This document shows, one piece after another, positions 17,500 through 27,765 of a stretch of 64,000 nt of DNA. Source of the stretch: Candidatus Nanopelagicales bacterium (GTDB taxonomy: Bacteria > Actinomycetota > Actinomycetes > S36-B12 > UBA5976). The notes under the pieces are model-generated. The model saw only the letters and a program-made list of their open reading frames with translations, searched no databases and was not told the DNA's origin. The DNA is taken from contig JBMSMQ010000002.1 in assembly GCA_049421205.1 (NCBI GenBank), positions 68,430 to 132,429 on the forward strand, in the 5' to 3' direction. Position numbers and translations under genes: made by a program. Each line of letters starts with the position of its first letter. Position 1 is the stretch's first letter.

Positions 17500-20316
17500 T
17501 TAACTGCAACCGCTGGTGTTGCCACATCCCTCACAGGCATAGCACGAACCAGATGGTCGCATTTTGATACCGCATGTCATACAGAGTGGCGCATCACTTG
17601 CTTTTCCTGTAATTGCTTCCAAGAGTTCAGCAGATGAGTGGGCATTTTCAGTTCGTATTTCAACTGGAACTGATGTTTTGGTCTCTGCTGCATCTAAAAT
17701 GGTTGCAACCTCGGCCACGATTTCTTGCGGTGATGCCATCGGAGTGTCGTATCCAGCAACCTGTGCTGCACGTTCTTCAGCGGAGAAGATTCCGAGGGCT
17801 GCACGCTTTTCAAATGGTAGGTAATCGAGGGCTAAACGACGGAAGATGTAGTCCATCATTGATTGCGCCATACGAATATCTGGATCATCTGTCATGCCAG
17901 CAGGTTCAAATCGCATATTGGTGAACTTGGTGACAAATGCTTCCAATGGAACACCGTACTGAAGTGCGATTGAAATAGCTATGGAGAAAGCATCCATCAC
18001 ACCGGCAAGCGTCGATCCTTGCTTTCCAAGTTTCAAGAAGACTTCACCAAGTTCACCTGTTTCAAATGAGCTGGCTGTCAGATAACCCTCTGCTCCACCA
18101 ACTGAGAAAGAGACAGTTTGAGAACTGCGCTTCTTTGGCATTCTGCGACGTGATGGTTGAGACAGGACAGTCGATGCAGAAGAAGGGGTTTCTGTTTTCT
18201 TAGCTTTTGCATCTGAAAGCGGTTGGCCAACCTTGCAATTATCACGATAAATCGCAAGAGCCTTCACACCCATTTTCCAAGCCTGGAAATAGATTTCTTC
18301 TACTTCTTCAACAGTTGCCGTTTCTGGCATATTGACCGTCTTTGAAATAGCGCCGGATAGGAATGGTTGACATGCGGACATCATTCTTACGTGTCCCATC
18401 GGAGTGATTGCACGCTCACCCATTGCGCAATCGAAGATTGCGTAATGCTCTTGTTTCAAACCAGGAGCATCAACAACGTGGCCATTGTTTGAAATATATT
18501 CAACAATTGCTTCAATTGTTTCTTCGTTGTAGCCCAGTTTGTTGAGTGCAACAGGTATGGTCTGATTCACTATTTGTAGCGATCCTCCACCAACAAGTTT
18601 CTTGAACTTTACGAGTGAGAAGTCTGGTTCAATACCTGTTGTATCGCAGTCCATCATGAAGCCGATTGTTCCAGTTGGCGCAAGAACAGATGCCTGGGCA
18701 TTTCGCCAGCCATTTACTTCACCAATCTTGTTACCTTCGCTCCACATCTTTCCAGCAAGTTTGGCAACACTCTCATCGAGCGAACTCACAGCCTTCAGAG
18801 AGTCATTCGCTGCCGCGTGTTTACGCATCACTCGTTGATGTGCAGAGGCATTACGAGCATATCCCTCATACGCGCCGACAACGCCTGCTAACTCTGCTGA
18901 TCGCTTGTAGGCAGTTCCTGTCATAAGCGAGGTGATTGATGCAGCAAGCGCTCGACCACCATCAGAGTCGTATGGCAAACCTGTGGCCATAAGTAATGCA
19001 CCGAGGTTTGCGTAGCCAATACCAAGCTGTCGATAATTTCTCGTTGTATCACCAATTGGTTCAGTTGGAAAATCCGCAAAGCAAATCGAAATGTCCATTG
19101 CAGTGATGATGATTTCTACAGACTCTGCAAACTTCACGGAATCAAATGAACCATCGTCTTTTAGGAATTTCAACAGATTCAACGAAGCGAGGTTGCAGGA
19201 TGAATTATCGAGCGACATGTATTCCGAGCAAGGGTTTGATGCAGTGATCCGACCTGTCTCTGGGTTCGTGTGCCAATCATTGATTGTTCCATCGTATTGA
19301 ATGCCTGGATCTGCACAAGCCCAGGCAGCTTCACACATCTTTGTAAAGAGTGTTTTAGCATCAATTGTTTCAATAATTTCCCCTGTAGCTCGAGCACGAA
19401 GACCAAACTCTGTGCCGTTTTCAACGGCTTTCATAAATTCATCACTTACACGTACAGAGTTGTTGGCGTTCTGATATTGAACACTCATAATATCTTTGCC
19501 ACCGAGATCCATATCGAACCCGTTATCTCGAAGTACGCGAATTTTTTCCTCTTCACGAACTTTGGTTTCGATGAATTCTTCAATGTCTGGATGATCAACA
19601 TCTAGTACAACCATCTTCGCTGCACGACGTGTTGCGCCACCTGATTTGATAGTTCCAGCAGACGCATCCGCACCTCTCATGAATGATACTGGACCAGATG
19701 CCGTGCCACCGGAAGATAATAATTCTTTGGATGATCGGATTCGGCTGAGATTCAAGCCAGCACCAGAACCACCTTTGAAGATAAGTCCTTCTTCACGGTA
19801 CCAGTTGAGGATTGAATCCATTGTGTCATCGACACTCAAAATAAAGCATGCACTCACTTGTTGTGGTGATGAAGTGCCTACGTTAAACCACACTGGTGAA
19901 TTGAACGCAAATACCTGATGCAACAACATGTAGGTGAGTTCATGTTCGAAAATTTCCGCTTCAGTTTCGGTTTGGAAATACCCAAAGTCACGTCCTGCTT
20001 TTGTATAAGTGAGCACGACACGATCAATCAGTTGTTTCAGGCTCCATTCGCGAGTTTCACTCCCCACAGCGCCGCGAAAGTATTTTGTGGTAACGATAGT
20101 TGATGCATTAACTGACCAAAAGTCAGGAAACTCAACGCCTCGTTGTTCGAAAACAGTTTCACCTGTTTTCCAATTCGTTTGAACAACGTCGCGTCGCTCC
20201 CACGTTACTTCGTCATATGGATGCACACCTGGGGTGCTCCATACTCGTTGAAGGTTGAGTCCAGACTTGGACTTCTTCTTTGTGGAGCCTTCTGCTCCAT
20301 TCACCGTTTCGGTCAT
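17500..20316 (-). CDS. nrdJ: Adenosylcobalamin-dependent (class II) ribonucleotide reductase
   Basis: 938 aa. The active-site region is NPCSEYMSLDNSSCNLASLNL. The Cys-rich C-terminal tail is CMTCGIKMRPSGSCYACEGCGNTSGCS. It lies directly downstream of nrdR. Confidence 0.93.
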   Translation of the reverse strand: MTETVNGAEGSTKKKSKSGLNLQRVWSTPGVHPYDEVTWERRDVVQTNWKTGETVFEQRGVEFPDFWSVNASTIVTTKYFRGAVGSETREWSLKQLIDRVVLTYTKAGRDFGYFQTETEAEIFEHELTYMLLHQVFAFNSPVWFNVGTSSPQQVSACFILSVDDTMDSILNWYREEGLIFKGGSGAGLNLSRIRSSKELLSSGGTASGPVSFMRGADASAGTIKSGGATRRAAKMVVLDVDHPDIEEFIETKVREEEKIRVLRDNGFDMDLGGKDIMSVQYQNANNSVRVSDEFMKAVENGTEFGLRARATGEIIETIDAKTLFTKMCEAAWACADPGIQYDGTINDWHTNPETGRITASNPCSEYMSLDNSSCNLASLNLLKFLKDDGSFDSVKFAESVEIIITAMDISICFADFPTEPIGDTTRNYRQLGIGYANLGALLMATGLPYDSDGGRALAASITSLMTGTAYKRSAELAGVVGAYEGYARNASAHQRVMRKHAAANDSLKAVSSLDESVAKLAGKMWSEGNKIGEVNGWRNAQASVLAPTGTIGFMMDCDTTGIEPDFSLVKFKKLVGGGSLQIVNQTIPVALNKLGYNEETIEAIVEYISNNGHVVDAPGLKQEHYAIFDCAMGERAITPMGHVRMMSACQPFLSGAISKTVNMPETATVEEVEEIYFQAWKMGVKALAIYRDNCKVGQPLSDAKAKKTETPSSASTVLSQPSRRRMPKKRSSQTVSFSVGGAEGYLTASSFETGELGEVFLKLGKQGSTLAGVMDAFSIAISIALQYGVPLEAFVTKFTNMRFEPAGMTDDPDIRMAQSMMDYIFRRLALDYLPFEKRAALGIFSAEERAAQVAGYDTPMASPQEIVAEVATILDAAETKTSVPVEIRTENAHSSAELLEAITGKASDAPLCMTCGIKMRPSGSCYACEGCGNTSGCS

Positions 20317-20361
20317 CGGTGTTCTCTCCTTCTTAGATTCTGTGGGAAGCGTTGTGGGAAG

Positions 20362-20841
20362 TTATTTTGTTGGTGTTGCAGTAGTTGTCGTGAAATTGTG
20401 ATTTGCTCTGAGCACAGCAATCTCTCCTTCGAAGTCTTCAAGACTTTCAAAAGATCGATAGACAGATGCGAAGCGCAAATATGCAACTTCATCGAGTTCT
20501 CGTAGATGAGGAAGTACAGCGAGTCCGACTTCATTGGCTGGAATTTCGGCAGCGCCACTTGCGCGCAAAGTATCTTCAACCCTCTGCGCAAGCACTGCTA
20601 GATCATCGTCATTGACAGGTCGACCCTGACAAGCTTTTCTCACCCCATTGATTACTTTGAGTCGACTGAATGGTTCAGCAACTCCAGATTTTTTCACAAT
20701 CAGCAATAGGGTTGTTTCAACAGTACTAAATCGACGTTGGCACTCCGGACATTGGCGACGTCGACGAATTGCACCGCCATCTTCGTTAGTTCTCGAATCA
20801 ATAACGCGAGAGTCTGGATGCTTGCAGAATGGGCAAAACAT
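20362..20841 (-). CDS. nrdR: Transcriptional repressor NrdR
   Basis: Trimmed to ATG 20841 (RBS AAGGAGAATA). [17 protein letters not shown]...[15 protein letters not shown] is a zinc ribbon, followed by an ATP-cone. Confidence 0.93.
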   Translation of the reverse strand: MFCPFCKHPDSRVIDSRTNEDGGAIRRRRQCPECQRRFSTVETTLLLIVKKSGVAEPFSRLKVINGVRKACQGRPVNDDDLAVLAQRVEDTLRASGAAEIPANEVGLAVLPHLRELDEVAYLRFASVYRSFESLEDFEGEIAVLRANHNFTTTTATPTK

Positions 20842-20924
20842 TATTCTCCTTGTGGATAACATCGCGCTTTGTGGAAGAAATCGGTCATTTCTTGCCAATT
20901 GTCTGTGGAAAAGATTGTGCAAAA

Positions 20925-20972
20925 CCACACTATCTAGGGGTTTAACACAATTTTTACCACAAGATGTAGGGG
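20925..20972. promoter_or_regulatory. Two tandem NrdR-box candidates upstream of nrdR-nrdJ
   Basis: CCACACTATCTAGGGG (20925-20940) and CCACAAGATGTAGGGG (20957-20972). Both are 16-mers of imperfect dyad symmetry. Their 32-bp start-to-start spacing is about 3 helical turns, as is typical for paired NrdR boxes. Confidence 0.6.
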
Positions 20973-21028
20973 GTGACACTAAGGGAATTCAAAACTTTTG
21001 GCAATAGGTTGCCCTGCGACACGCCGAA

Positions 21029-21361
21029 CTAATTTGAAACAGGGATGTGCAGCACTTGACCGACGTATACCTGGCTACCCGACTCAAGATTGTTCAGTGC
21101 ATAGATATCACTCACAACGTCTCTTGGATCACGTTCAGGCTGGGAGTCCGTAGCCAGACTCCAAAGTGTTTGCCCTTCTTGAATCACCACAATTGCAGTC
21201 TTGGGAGCAAAATCATCACTCACCGCATCGACCGAAGGCGAGAAAACAACATATCCCACAAGAGCTAGAAATGCCAGCACGAAAATTCCTGCACGCAGCA
21301 CGAATTTACCTCGTTTTGTCAGCACTGTGCGGGTGGTAGGCATCGGGGAAGTTGCCATCAT
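21029..21361 (-). CDS. LysM-domain membrane-anchored protein (Rv2719c-like, divergent from lexA)
   Basis: Trimmed to ATG 21361, giving MMATSPMP... with one TM segment (FVLRAGIFVLAFLALVGYVVF). The C-terminal LysM is VIQEGQTLWSLA...VYVGQVLHIP. Its position between nrdR and lexA matches M. tuberculosis Rv2719c. Confidence 0.8.
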   Translation of the reverse strand: MMATSPMPTTRTVLTKRGKFVLRAGIFVLAFLALVGYVVFSPSVDAVSDDFAPKTAIVVIQEGQTLWSLATDSQPERDPRDVVSDIYALNNLESGSQVYVGQVLHIPVSN

Positions 21362-21372
21362 TTTGCCTCTCT

Positions 21373-21388
21373 TAGAACATTTGTACGA
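21373..21388. promoter_or_regulatory. LexA box (LysM-gene proximal) TAGAACATTTGTACGA
   Basis: 13/16 symmetric match to TCGAAC-N4-GTTCGA. It lies 12 nt upstream of the LysM gene start, just downstream of a possible TTGCGC-17-TATCTT promoter on the minus strand. Confidence 0.65.
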
Positions 21389-21424
21389 AAGATAGCAGAT
21401 AAATCTGACACGCGCAAGATTAAT

Positions 21425-21440
21425 TTGAACATATGTTCGA
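21425..21440. promoter_or_regulatory. LexA box (lexA proximal) TTGAACATATGTTCGA
   Basis: 15/16 match to TCGAAC-N4-GTTCGA. It overlaps a possible lexA promoter, TTGAAC-18-TAAACT, consistent with autoregulation. Confidence 0.8.
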
Positions 21441-21459
21441 CTTTCTACTAAACTTCGGT

Positions 21460-21500
21460 GTTGAGAGGGCGCTACTCCCCTGCAGTCTCGCCCTCTCAAC
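21460..21500 (+). other. Perfect 12-bp GC-rich stem-loop in the lexA 5' leader
   Basis: GTTGAGAGGGCG (21460-21471), 17-nt loop, CGCCCTCTCAAC (21489-21500). It lies between the SOS box/putative promoter and the lexA RBS (GGAGG at about 21531). There is no U-run on either strand. Confidence 0.5.
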
Positions 21501-21542
21501 ACCCCGTATCTTGTAGATGGGGTCTGACACGGAGGTACATCA

Positions 21543-22214
21543 ATGGGTGACATTCAGGAACTCGGCTCGCCACAGGGCTTGAGCCAGCGGCAGAAAGCCA
21601 TACTCTCCACAATCATCGAGAGCGTTCAGGAGCGAGGATTCCCACCGTCAGTACGCGAACTCGGACAGGCAACTGGACTAGCTTCAGTTTCGAGTATTTC
21701 CTACCAACTCTCAGAATTGGATCGACTTGGCTATATTCGTAGAAGCACAAATCATGCACGCGGAATCGAAGTACTGCGCGATGTTGAGGGTAATTTGCTT
21801 GAGTCACAATCAACACAAACTTCTGCAAATGACAGTTCTGTAGCAATACCCCTTTTGGGAACGATTGCTGCTGGCGTAGGCGTCATCGCAGACGAGTCAG
21901 TTGAAGACATTCTTCATCTACCACGCCAACTCACTGGATTTGGGCAACTCTTTATGTTGCGCGTCAAAGGTGACTCGATGATGAATGCGGGGATTGTTGA
22001 TGGTGACTACGTGGTCGTTCGGTCTCAACCCAATGCAGATAATGGCGAAATTGTTGCAGCACTTATCAACGACGAAGAGGCAACAGTAAAAACCTTTAAG
22101 AGAGTTGGCGCACAAGTATGGTTGATGCCACATAACCCCGAATTCGAACCCATCGATGGAAATAGCGCGCAAATCCTCGGAGTTGTGACAACGGTCTTGC
22201 GAAAATTGGGTTAA
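21543..22214 (+). CDS. lexA: SOS repressor LexA
   Basis: 223 aa. Winged HTH PPSVRELGQATGLASVSSISYQLSELDRLGYI, cleavage region GTIAAGVGV, Ser in RVKGDSMMNAGI and Lys in ATVKTFKR. Confidence 0.95.
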   Translation: MGDIQELGSPQGLSQRQKAILSTIIESVQERGFPPSVRELGQATGLASVSSISYQLSELDRLGYIRRSTNHARGIEVLRDVEGNLLESQSTQTSANDSSVAIPLLGTIAAGVGVIADESVEDILHLPRQLTGFGQLFMLRVKGDSMMNAGIVDGDYVVVRSQPNADNGEIVAALINDEEATVKTFKRVGAQVWLMPHNPEFEPIDGNSAQILGVVTTVLRKLG

Positions 22215-24244
22215 GGCATTTGCTTTTCAGATAAGAATTTCAATGCGAGGTCTTTATCTGCAACTCTTTTGAATTCAGGCATTGAACGCAGAATGAATTC
22301 TCGATATCGAGCTGTAGCCAACCTCGAATCTAGTACTGCAACCATTCCCTGATCAGTCATACTTCGAATCAATCTACCGGACCCTTGCGCCATCAAAAGG
22401 GCAGCTCGGTTCACGGCAACTTCCATAAAACCATTTCCACCATGTTGCTCAATATGTCGAGTCCTTGCTGCAAAGAGTGGATCATCGGGTCGTGGAAAGG
22501 GAATCCGATCGATAATCACCAAACTACAGGATTCTCCCGGTACATCAACGCCTTGCCACAAAGAAACAGTTCCAAACAAAATACTCGTCGTGTCTTCAGC
22601 AAAGTTCGACACTAAATCTGCGACTATGTCCCCGCGCCGTTGGATGAATAATGAACATTGAATTCGATCGATGACTCCTTGTTGTTCAACATATTCAACA
22701 GCACGTTCAAGTGCTCGCCAGGAAGAAAAGAGCACCAGAGCACTCCCCTGGTTAGCAGCTATAAGATCTACTAATCTTTCAAGTTGCACATCTTGAATTC
22801 CATCTCTGGATGGTGGTGGCAAATCTGCAGCAACGTACAGCATTCCTTGTTCAGCTGCATAAAAAGGAGTGCCGACATCTATTGCTTTCCATTCAAGTTC
22901 TGTTTCAACATTATCTTGTTCATCTTGAGTCGAAAATGTCTTTAAGCCGACACTTTGTGCTACCTGCTGAAAATCACCGCCAATCTTCAGCGTGGCACTG
23001 GTAATTACAACAGGCACGTCGTTGAAGAGATCTGCACGCAAGAGGGACGCAATCTCAAGCGGTGCAATTTTGATAGTTTGACTTTGAGAATCTAGCCATG
23101 AAACATCATTCTCGGCCATGGAGAGCAATCGCCGAAGTGATTTCCAAAGTTCGTTTGCCGATGATTTTGCATAGGTTCGTCGTGCACTTTCTTCTTCGTC
23201 GAGTATGTCATTGGCATCAACGCTGAGTTCGTTCTGTATATCCCTCACAGCACTTTCAAGTGTCTTCACCTCATTTAGAATTTCGGAGAGAGACAACAAA
23301 TAGGGATGCTGAGATTCAGGGTAATTAGCTAATTCAAGAACAATTTGTCGTGGAAAGGGTTTTTGATATTCTGCCAAACTGAGGCTTAAACCATCACGTG
23401 CCTCTTCAAGATTGACCATCGACTGAAGAGATGCGAATTCCTTTACTCTTCTGAGAAGGGTTTCAATGCCGGATTGCGATATCTCGGTAGTTGCCTGGCT
23501 TGTTACACGATCAACAAGGTCGTGCCCTTCATCAATCACCAAGGCTGCATAATCAGGCAGCAGTGGTACACCTTCAAGCGCATGCAAAACGAGCATCGCA
23601 TGATTTGTCACAATGACATCAGCAAAACGTGCTTCTTCTCGCGCCAACTCTGCAAAACACTCATCTGAAAAACTACATTTTGACGCACCAATGCATTCGG
23701 TTCCGGACACACTCATAGTTCGCCATACTCGTGAATCTGCTACTGGCTGCAAGTCCTCTCTGTCACCCGTTTCACTTTGGTAGGCCCAAGTTCTGACACG
23801 CTTTACTTCGCGGGAAAGTCGCGAATTTGCACTCTCGAAAAGTGCCGCTGCTTCTGGCTCAGGCTCGACAGAATTGAGTTTTAACTTACAAATGTAGTTA
23901 TGCCTTCCTTTTGCAACTGCATATGTAGGTTTTCGACCGAGTACTCCTTCAAGCGCATTTGCAACAGCAGGCAAATCTTTTCGAAGAAGTTGTCGTTGTA
24001 GGGCCAATGTGGAGGTACTGATCACCACCGGCTTTCCTTGCTTCATCGAGAAAAGGATAGATGGGATGAGATACGCAATTGATTTTCCAGTACCCGTACC
24101 AGCTTGAACCATCAAATGTCGCGACTCTTCAAATGCTTCGTAAATTTCATTCATCATTGTTGTTTGTCCGATACGACTTTCCCCGGACATTGAGTCGACG
24201 ACTACTTCGAGTGAACGCTCTAGAAGTTCACGATCAACATTCAA
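22211..24244 (-). CDS. dinG: ATP-dependent DNA helicase, DinG/XPD (Rad3) family with Fe-S cysteines
   Basis: 677 aa. Walker A is [16 protein letters not shown], the DEGH box is [10 protein letters not shown], and the Cys cluster is YICKLK...[17 protein letters not shown]. Confidence 0.88.
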   Translation of the reverse strand: MNVDRELLERSLEVVVDSMSGESRIGQTTMMNEIYEAFEESRHLMVQAGTGTGKSIAYLIPSILFSMKQGKPVVISTSTLALQRQLLRKDLPAVANALEGVLGRKPTYAVAKGRHNYICKLKLNSVEPEPEAAALFESANSRLSREVKRVRTWAYQSETGDREDLQPVADSRVWRTMSVSGTECIGASKCSFSDECFAELAREEARFADVIVTNHAMLVLHALEGVPLLPDYAALVIDEGHDLVDRVTSQATTEISQSGIETLLRRVKEFASLQSMVNLEEARDGLSLSLAEYQKPFPRQIVLELANYPESQHPYLLSLSEILNEVKTLESAVRDIQNELSVDANDILDEEESARRTYAKSSANELWKSLRRLLSMAENDVSWLDSQSQTIKIAPLEIASLLRADLFNDVPVVITSATLKIGGDFQQVAQSVGLKTFSTQDEQDNVETELEWKAIDVGTPFYAAEQGMLYVAADLPPPSRDGIQDVQLERLVDLIAANQGSALVLFSSWRALERAVEYVEQQGVIDRIQCSLFIQRRGDIVADLVSNFAEDTTSILFGTVSLWQGVDVPGESCSLVIIDRIPFPRPDDPLFAARTRHIEQHGGNGFMEVAVNRAALLMAQGSGRLIRSMTDQGMVAVLDSRLATARYREFILRSMPEFKRVADKDLALKFLSEKQMP

Positions 24245-25601
24245 TGACGTTTACCGCCAAACCACCGCGTGCTGTTTCCTTGTAAATCACTTTCATATCC
24301 GCGCCCGTTTCGCGCATCGTCTTAATGACCTTGTCCAGAGAAACCACGTGCTTCCCATCACCACGCATTGCCATTCGTGCTGCATTAATGGCTTTCACCG
24401 CAGCGATTGCGTTTCTTTCGATGCATGGAATTTGCACAAGCCCACCGACGGGGTCGCACGTCAATCCCAAATTATGTTCCATCGCGATCTCTGCAGCGTT
24501 TTCAACCTGCTCAGGTGTTGCCCCAAGTACTTCAGCTAATCCAGCTGCTGCCATAGAGCAAGCACTTCCTACTTCTCCTTGGCAGCCCACTTCGGCACCT
24601 GAAATACTCGCCGTTTCCTTGTAGACAATACCGATTGCACCTGCGGTCAGTAGAAATCTAACTACACCATCGTCAGAGGCATCTTTTACAAATTCTTTGT
24701 AATATCGAAGCACGGCCGGAATGATTCCGGCGGCGCCATTCGTAGGAGCAGTCACAATCCTTCCACCATCGGCATTTTCTTCATTTACAGCTAGAGCAAA
24801 AAGGTTAACCCAATCCATAATATTCATTGGGTCATCAATTTCATTACGAAGAAGTGACTGGTGCAAATCATAAGCACGACGGCGCACTTTCAAACTTCCT
24901 GGCAATATTCCCTCAGTTGCGCAACCCTTATCAATACAACCACTCATGACGTCCCATATATACAGTAGGGCTTGTCGTGTTTCGGCTTCACTTCGCCAGG
25001 ACAGCTCATTTGCGAACATAATGTCGCTTATAGGTAACCCACTTGTAGTTGCGTGTTCAAGCAATTCTGCTGCAGTGCGAAATGGGTACTTCAATTTCCG
25101 TTCATCAAGCACGATTTTGTCCTCGTCGATCGCGCTTTCATCTACGACAAATCCCCCTCCAACCGAGTAGAAAACATTGTGTAAGAGAAGTTCCCCTTCT
25201 TGGTATGCATCAAAATACATTCCGTTTGGATGTGAAGGTAGAGATTTTCGTCGATGAAGTATGAGATCTTCATCAAAAGTAAAGTTGATGCGATATTTGT
25301 CGAGCAAAGAGATGGTCCCCGCTGATTTAATGTCGCTGACCAATGTCTTTAAGAGATTCGTATCAACTGTCTCAGGGTGATACCCGATGAGTCCTGCTAG
25401 CACTGCACTTTCTGATCCGTGCCCATGTCCGGTTGCACCAAGTGAGCCAAATAGTTGCACTTCGAGACGCGTAACAGATGTGAGAAGCTTCATTTTGTCT
25501 AAGTTCATCACAAATTGTCGTGCCGCAATCATCGGACCGACGGTATGGGAGGAAGATGGACCAACACCTATCTTGAACAAATCCAACACCGAAAGTGCCA
25601 T
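24234..25601 (-). CDS. sdaA: L-serine ammonia-lyase (Fe-S dependent, single chain)
   Basis: 455 aa. [24 protein letters not shown] is the canonical N-terminus, with [13 protein letters not shown] further on. Confidence 0.93.
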   Translation of the reverse strand: MALSVLDLFKIGVGPSSSHTVGPMIAARQFVMNLDKMKLLTSVTRLEVQLFGSLGATGHGHGSESAVLAGLIGYHPETVDTNLLKTLVSDIKSAGTISLLDKYRINFTFDEDLILHRRKSLPSHPNGMYFDAYQEGELLLHNVFYSVGGGFVVDESAIDEDKIVLDERKLKYPFRTAAELLEHATTSGLPISDIMFANELSWRSEAETRQALLYIWDVMSGCIDKGCATEGILPGSLKVRRRAYDLHQSLLRNEIDDPMNIMDWVNLFALAVNEENADGGRIVTAPTNGAAGIIPAVLRYYKEFVKDASDDGVVRFLLTAGAIGIVYKETASISGAEVGCQGEVGSACSMAAAGLAEVLGATPEQVENAAEIAMEHNLGLTCDPVGGLVQIPCIERNAIAAVKAINAARMAMRGDGKHVVSLDKVIKTMRETGADMKVIYKETARGGLAVNVIEC

Positions 25602-26984
25602 CTATGTTTCCTTCACAATTCTGTAGGAGTGTAGTACCTCTGCGAACTGACTGTCAGTTTTTACGTGAATTAATGTACCTGAATCTCGATACTCGATTGA
25701 CACAATGTTGCTGTGACGTCGAAGTCGTTCAAGCAGCTTCTCCTCACCGTATGGAAGGAGGGCCCATATTTCAAAATCTTGCCCAGGTAACCTTTCATCG
25801 ATGGCATTCAAAAGGCCATCCTGACCCTCACCTGTTTTTGCGCTAATTAGCACACTCTCTGGGTAATTTTGTTCTAGGCGTTTCCTTTGATCCACGGTTA
25901 ATGCATCGGCTTTGTTGAAGACGATGAGTTCTCGATCAAGTGGAGCTCTGATTTCCATCAATACTTCTCGCACAGCGTCGATTTGATCCTCGATCCTTTC
26001 ACTTGTGGCATCTACGACGTGGACCAATACATCCGCTTGAATCACTTCCTCTAAGGTTGATTTAAACGCTTCAACGAGTTGATGTGGGAGATGCCTCACA
26101 AATCCCACCGTGTCGGCCATGGTGACTTCTCGTCCCGATGGGAGGTGCAGTTGTCTCACAGTAGGGTCTAGGGTTGCAAAGAGTTCATCTTGCACCAAAA
26201 CGCCAGCACCAGTTATGAGATTGAGTAGTGATGATTTCCCAGCATTCGTATAGCCAACTAGGGCAACCTGGCTGATACCTGTTTGCATTCGATGGTGACG
26301 CTGCGTAGTTCGCACCTTGGCCAAATCTTTCAATTCATTTCGTAATTTCGAGATCTGCTGGCGGATTCTGCGTCGATCTGTTTCCAGTTTTGTTTCACCA
26401 GGTCCTCGAGTTCCAACTCCACCGCCAGCACCTCCAGCGCGGCCACCTGCCTGACGACTCAGGGCTTCACCCCAACCTCGAAGTCGAGGAAGCATATATT
26501 CCATTTGTGCGAGAGACACTTGATTTTTTCCTTCGCGACTTTTGGCATGACGTGCGAAAATATCAAGAATCAACCACGTTCGATCTACAACTTTGACTTT
26601 GGTTTCAGTTTCAAGTCGCCGTAACTGTGCCGGACTCAACTCACCATCGCAGATGATTGTGTCAGCGTCGGTTGAATGCACTAAGCGCCGAATTTCCTGC
26701 ACTTTACCCGATCCAATGTAGGTAGCGGCATCTGGCGAGTCTCTGCGTTGAATAACAGCATCAACCACAGTGCAACCCGCTGTCTCAGCCAGTCTAGCTA
26801 GCTCCTGCATGGAGGCCTCAGCGCTGCTGAGTGACCCGGATGCCCACACGCCAATCAATACAACGCGCTCGAGTCGAACCTGACGATACTCAACTTCAGT
26901 AATGTCTTGTAGTTCGGTGGAAAGCGACTGAACTCTGCGTAGTCGCTCACGTTCTTGACTTTCTAATTCACCGATATCGCTCAT
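25602..26984 (-). CDS. hflX: GTPase HflX
   Basis: Trimmed to ATG 26984, immediately after the dapF stop (TAGTATG). G1 motif is VALVGYTNAGKSSLLN, and DTVGF is present. Confidence 0.92.
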   Translation of the reverse strand: MSDIGELESQERERLRRVQSLSTELQDITEVEYRQVRLERVVLIGVWASGSLSSAEASMQELARLAETAGCTVVDAVIQRRDSPDAATYIGSGKVQEIRRLVHSTDADTIICDGELSPAQLRRLETETKVKVVDRTWLILDIFARHAKSREGKNQVSLAQMEYMLPRLRGWGEALSRQAGGRAGGAGGGVGTRGPGETKLETDRRRIRQQISKLRNELKDLAKVRTTQRHHRMQTGISQVALVGYTNAGKSSLLNLITGAGVLVQDELFATLDPTVRQLHLPSGREVTMADTVGFVRHLPHQLVEAFKSTLEEVIQADVLVHVVDATSERIEDQIDAVREVLMEIRAPLDRELIVFNKADALTVDQRKRLEQNYPESVLISAKTGEGQDGLLNAIDERLPGQDFEIWALLPYGEEKLLERLRRHSNIVSIEYRDSGTLIHVKTDSQFAEVLHSYRIVKET

Positions 26985-26985
26985 A

Positions 26986-27765
26986 CTAAAGTACTTCAAC
27001 GAATCCGTCAGCGATTAATTCCGCTGGCCCAACTAAACATATTCCATTTGCTTGAAGTTCCACGTTCAGCTTTCCCCCAGGAACGTTCACTTCGCATTTT
27101 GTCTTTCTGATTCTTTGCATATGCAAATATCCAACTGCACACACCCCGGTACCACACGACAAAGTTTCACCAACCCCCCGTTCAAGCACCCTCATCGAAA
27201 CTGACGTATCTGAGTTCACAACATAAAACTCAAGATTGAAACCTTCAGGATGTGATGCCAACGTCTCTACCTCAGTCCACTGCAAGGTGTCAGGGAGTAT
27301 ATTGAAATCATCAAGTTGAATGACTACATGGGGATTTCCAACATTCACCGACGTCGCTTTATGAGAAGTGTCTTGAAAACGAAGTGATTCAGAAATCTCA
27401 TCGCTGGTAATTGCTCCCATTTCAACACTCCAAGTGTTCTCGCCAACTCGCTCCACACGTTTCATTCCCGCACGAGTCTTGATATGAGCCACAGACGCAA
27501 TCAAATTCCGTTGATAAAGAAATTCAGCAAATACTCGGATTCCATTCCCGCACATTTCAGCAATACTTCCATCAGCGTTTCGATAATCCATAAACCAAAC
27601 AGAATCAAAGACAGCTATGAGTACGCCATCAGCGCCAAGACCAAAATGGCGATTGCAAATTTTTGAAATCTGTGTTTGAGATAAATTCAACTCGTTTGAA
27701 GGGTCAAAGAAAAGAATAAAATCGTTACCAGTGCCATGCCCTTTTGTGAAAGCAATTCGTGTCAC
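26986..27765 (-). CDS. dapF: Diaminopimelate epimerase
   Basis: 259 aa. GTGNDFILF, MCGNGIRVFAEFL and LSCGTGVCAVG contain the two catalytic Cys. Confidence 0.93.
   Translation of the reverse strand: MTRIAFTKGHGTGNDFILFFDPSNELNLSQTQISKICNRHFGLGADGVLIAVFDSVWFMDYRNADGSIAEMCGNGIRVFAEFLYQRNLIASVAHIKTRAGMKRVERVGENTWSVEMGAITSDEISESLRFQDTSHKATSVNVGNPHVVIQLDDFNILPDTLQWTEVETLASHPEGFNLEFYVVNSDTSVSMRVLERGVGETLSCGTGVCAVGYLHMQRIRKTKCEVNVPGGKLNVELQANGICLVGPAELIADGFVEVL

Noticed and set aside
20341-20361. Direct repeat TGTGGGAAG-cgt-TGTGGGAAG in the 45-nt nrdR-nrdJ spacer
   Set aside because: It is only two 9-mers, with no dyad symmetry and no similarity to the NrdR boxes. It could be chance or part of the nrdJ translation-initiation region.
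20317-20361. Cobalamin riboswitch ahead of the B12-dependent nrdJ
   Set aside because: The spacer is only 45 nt, and the region upstream of nrdR (187 nt) shows no B12-box-like element that I can recognise. B12 riboswitches normally control B12-independent isozymes anyway.
21362-21440. c-di-AMP (ydaO-type) riboswitch upstream of the LysM cell-wall gene
   Set aside because: The leader is far too short (under 80 nt, probably about 15 nt from the predicted TSS) to hold such a structure.
21362-21553. Upstream extension of the LysM ORF reaching into lexA
   Set aside because: It would run through both SOS boxes, the lexA promoter and the lexA start. ATG 21361 gives a sensible signal-anchor N-terminus.
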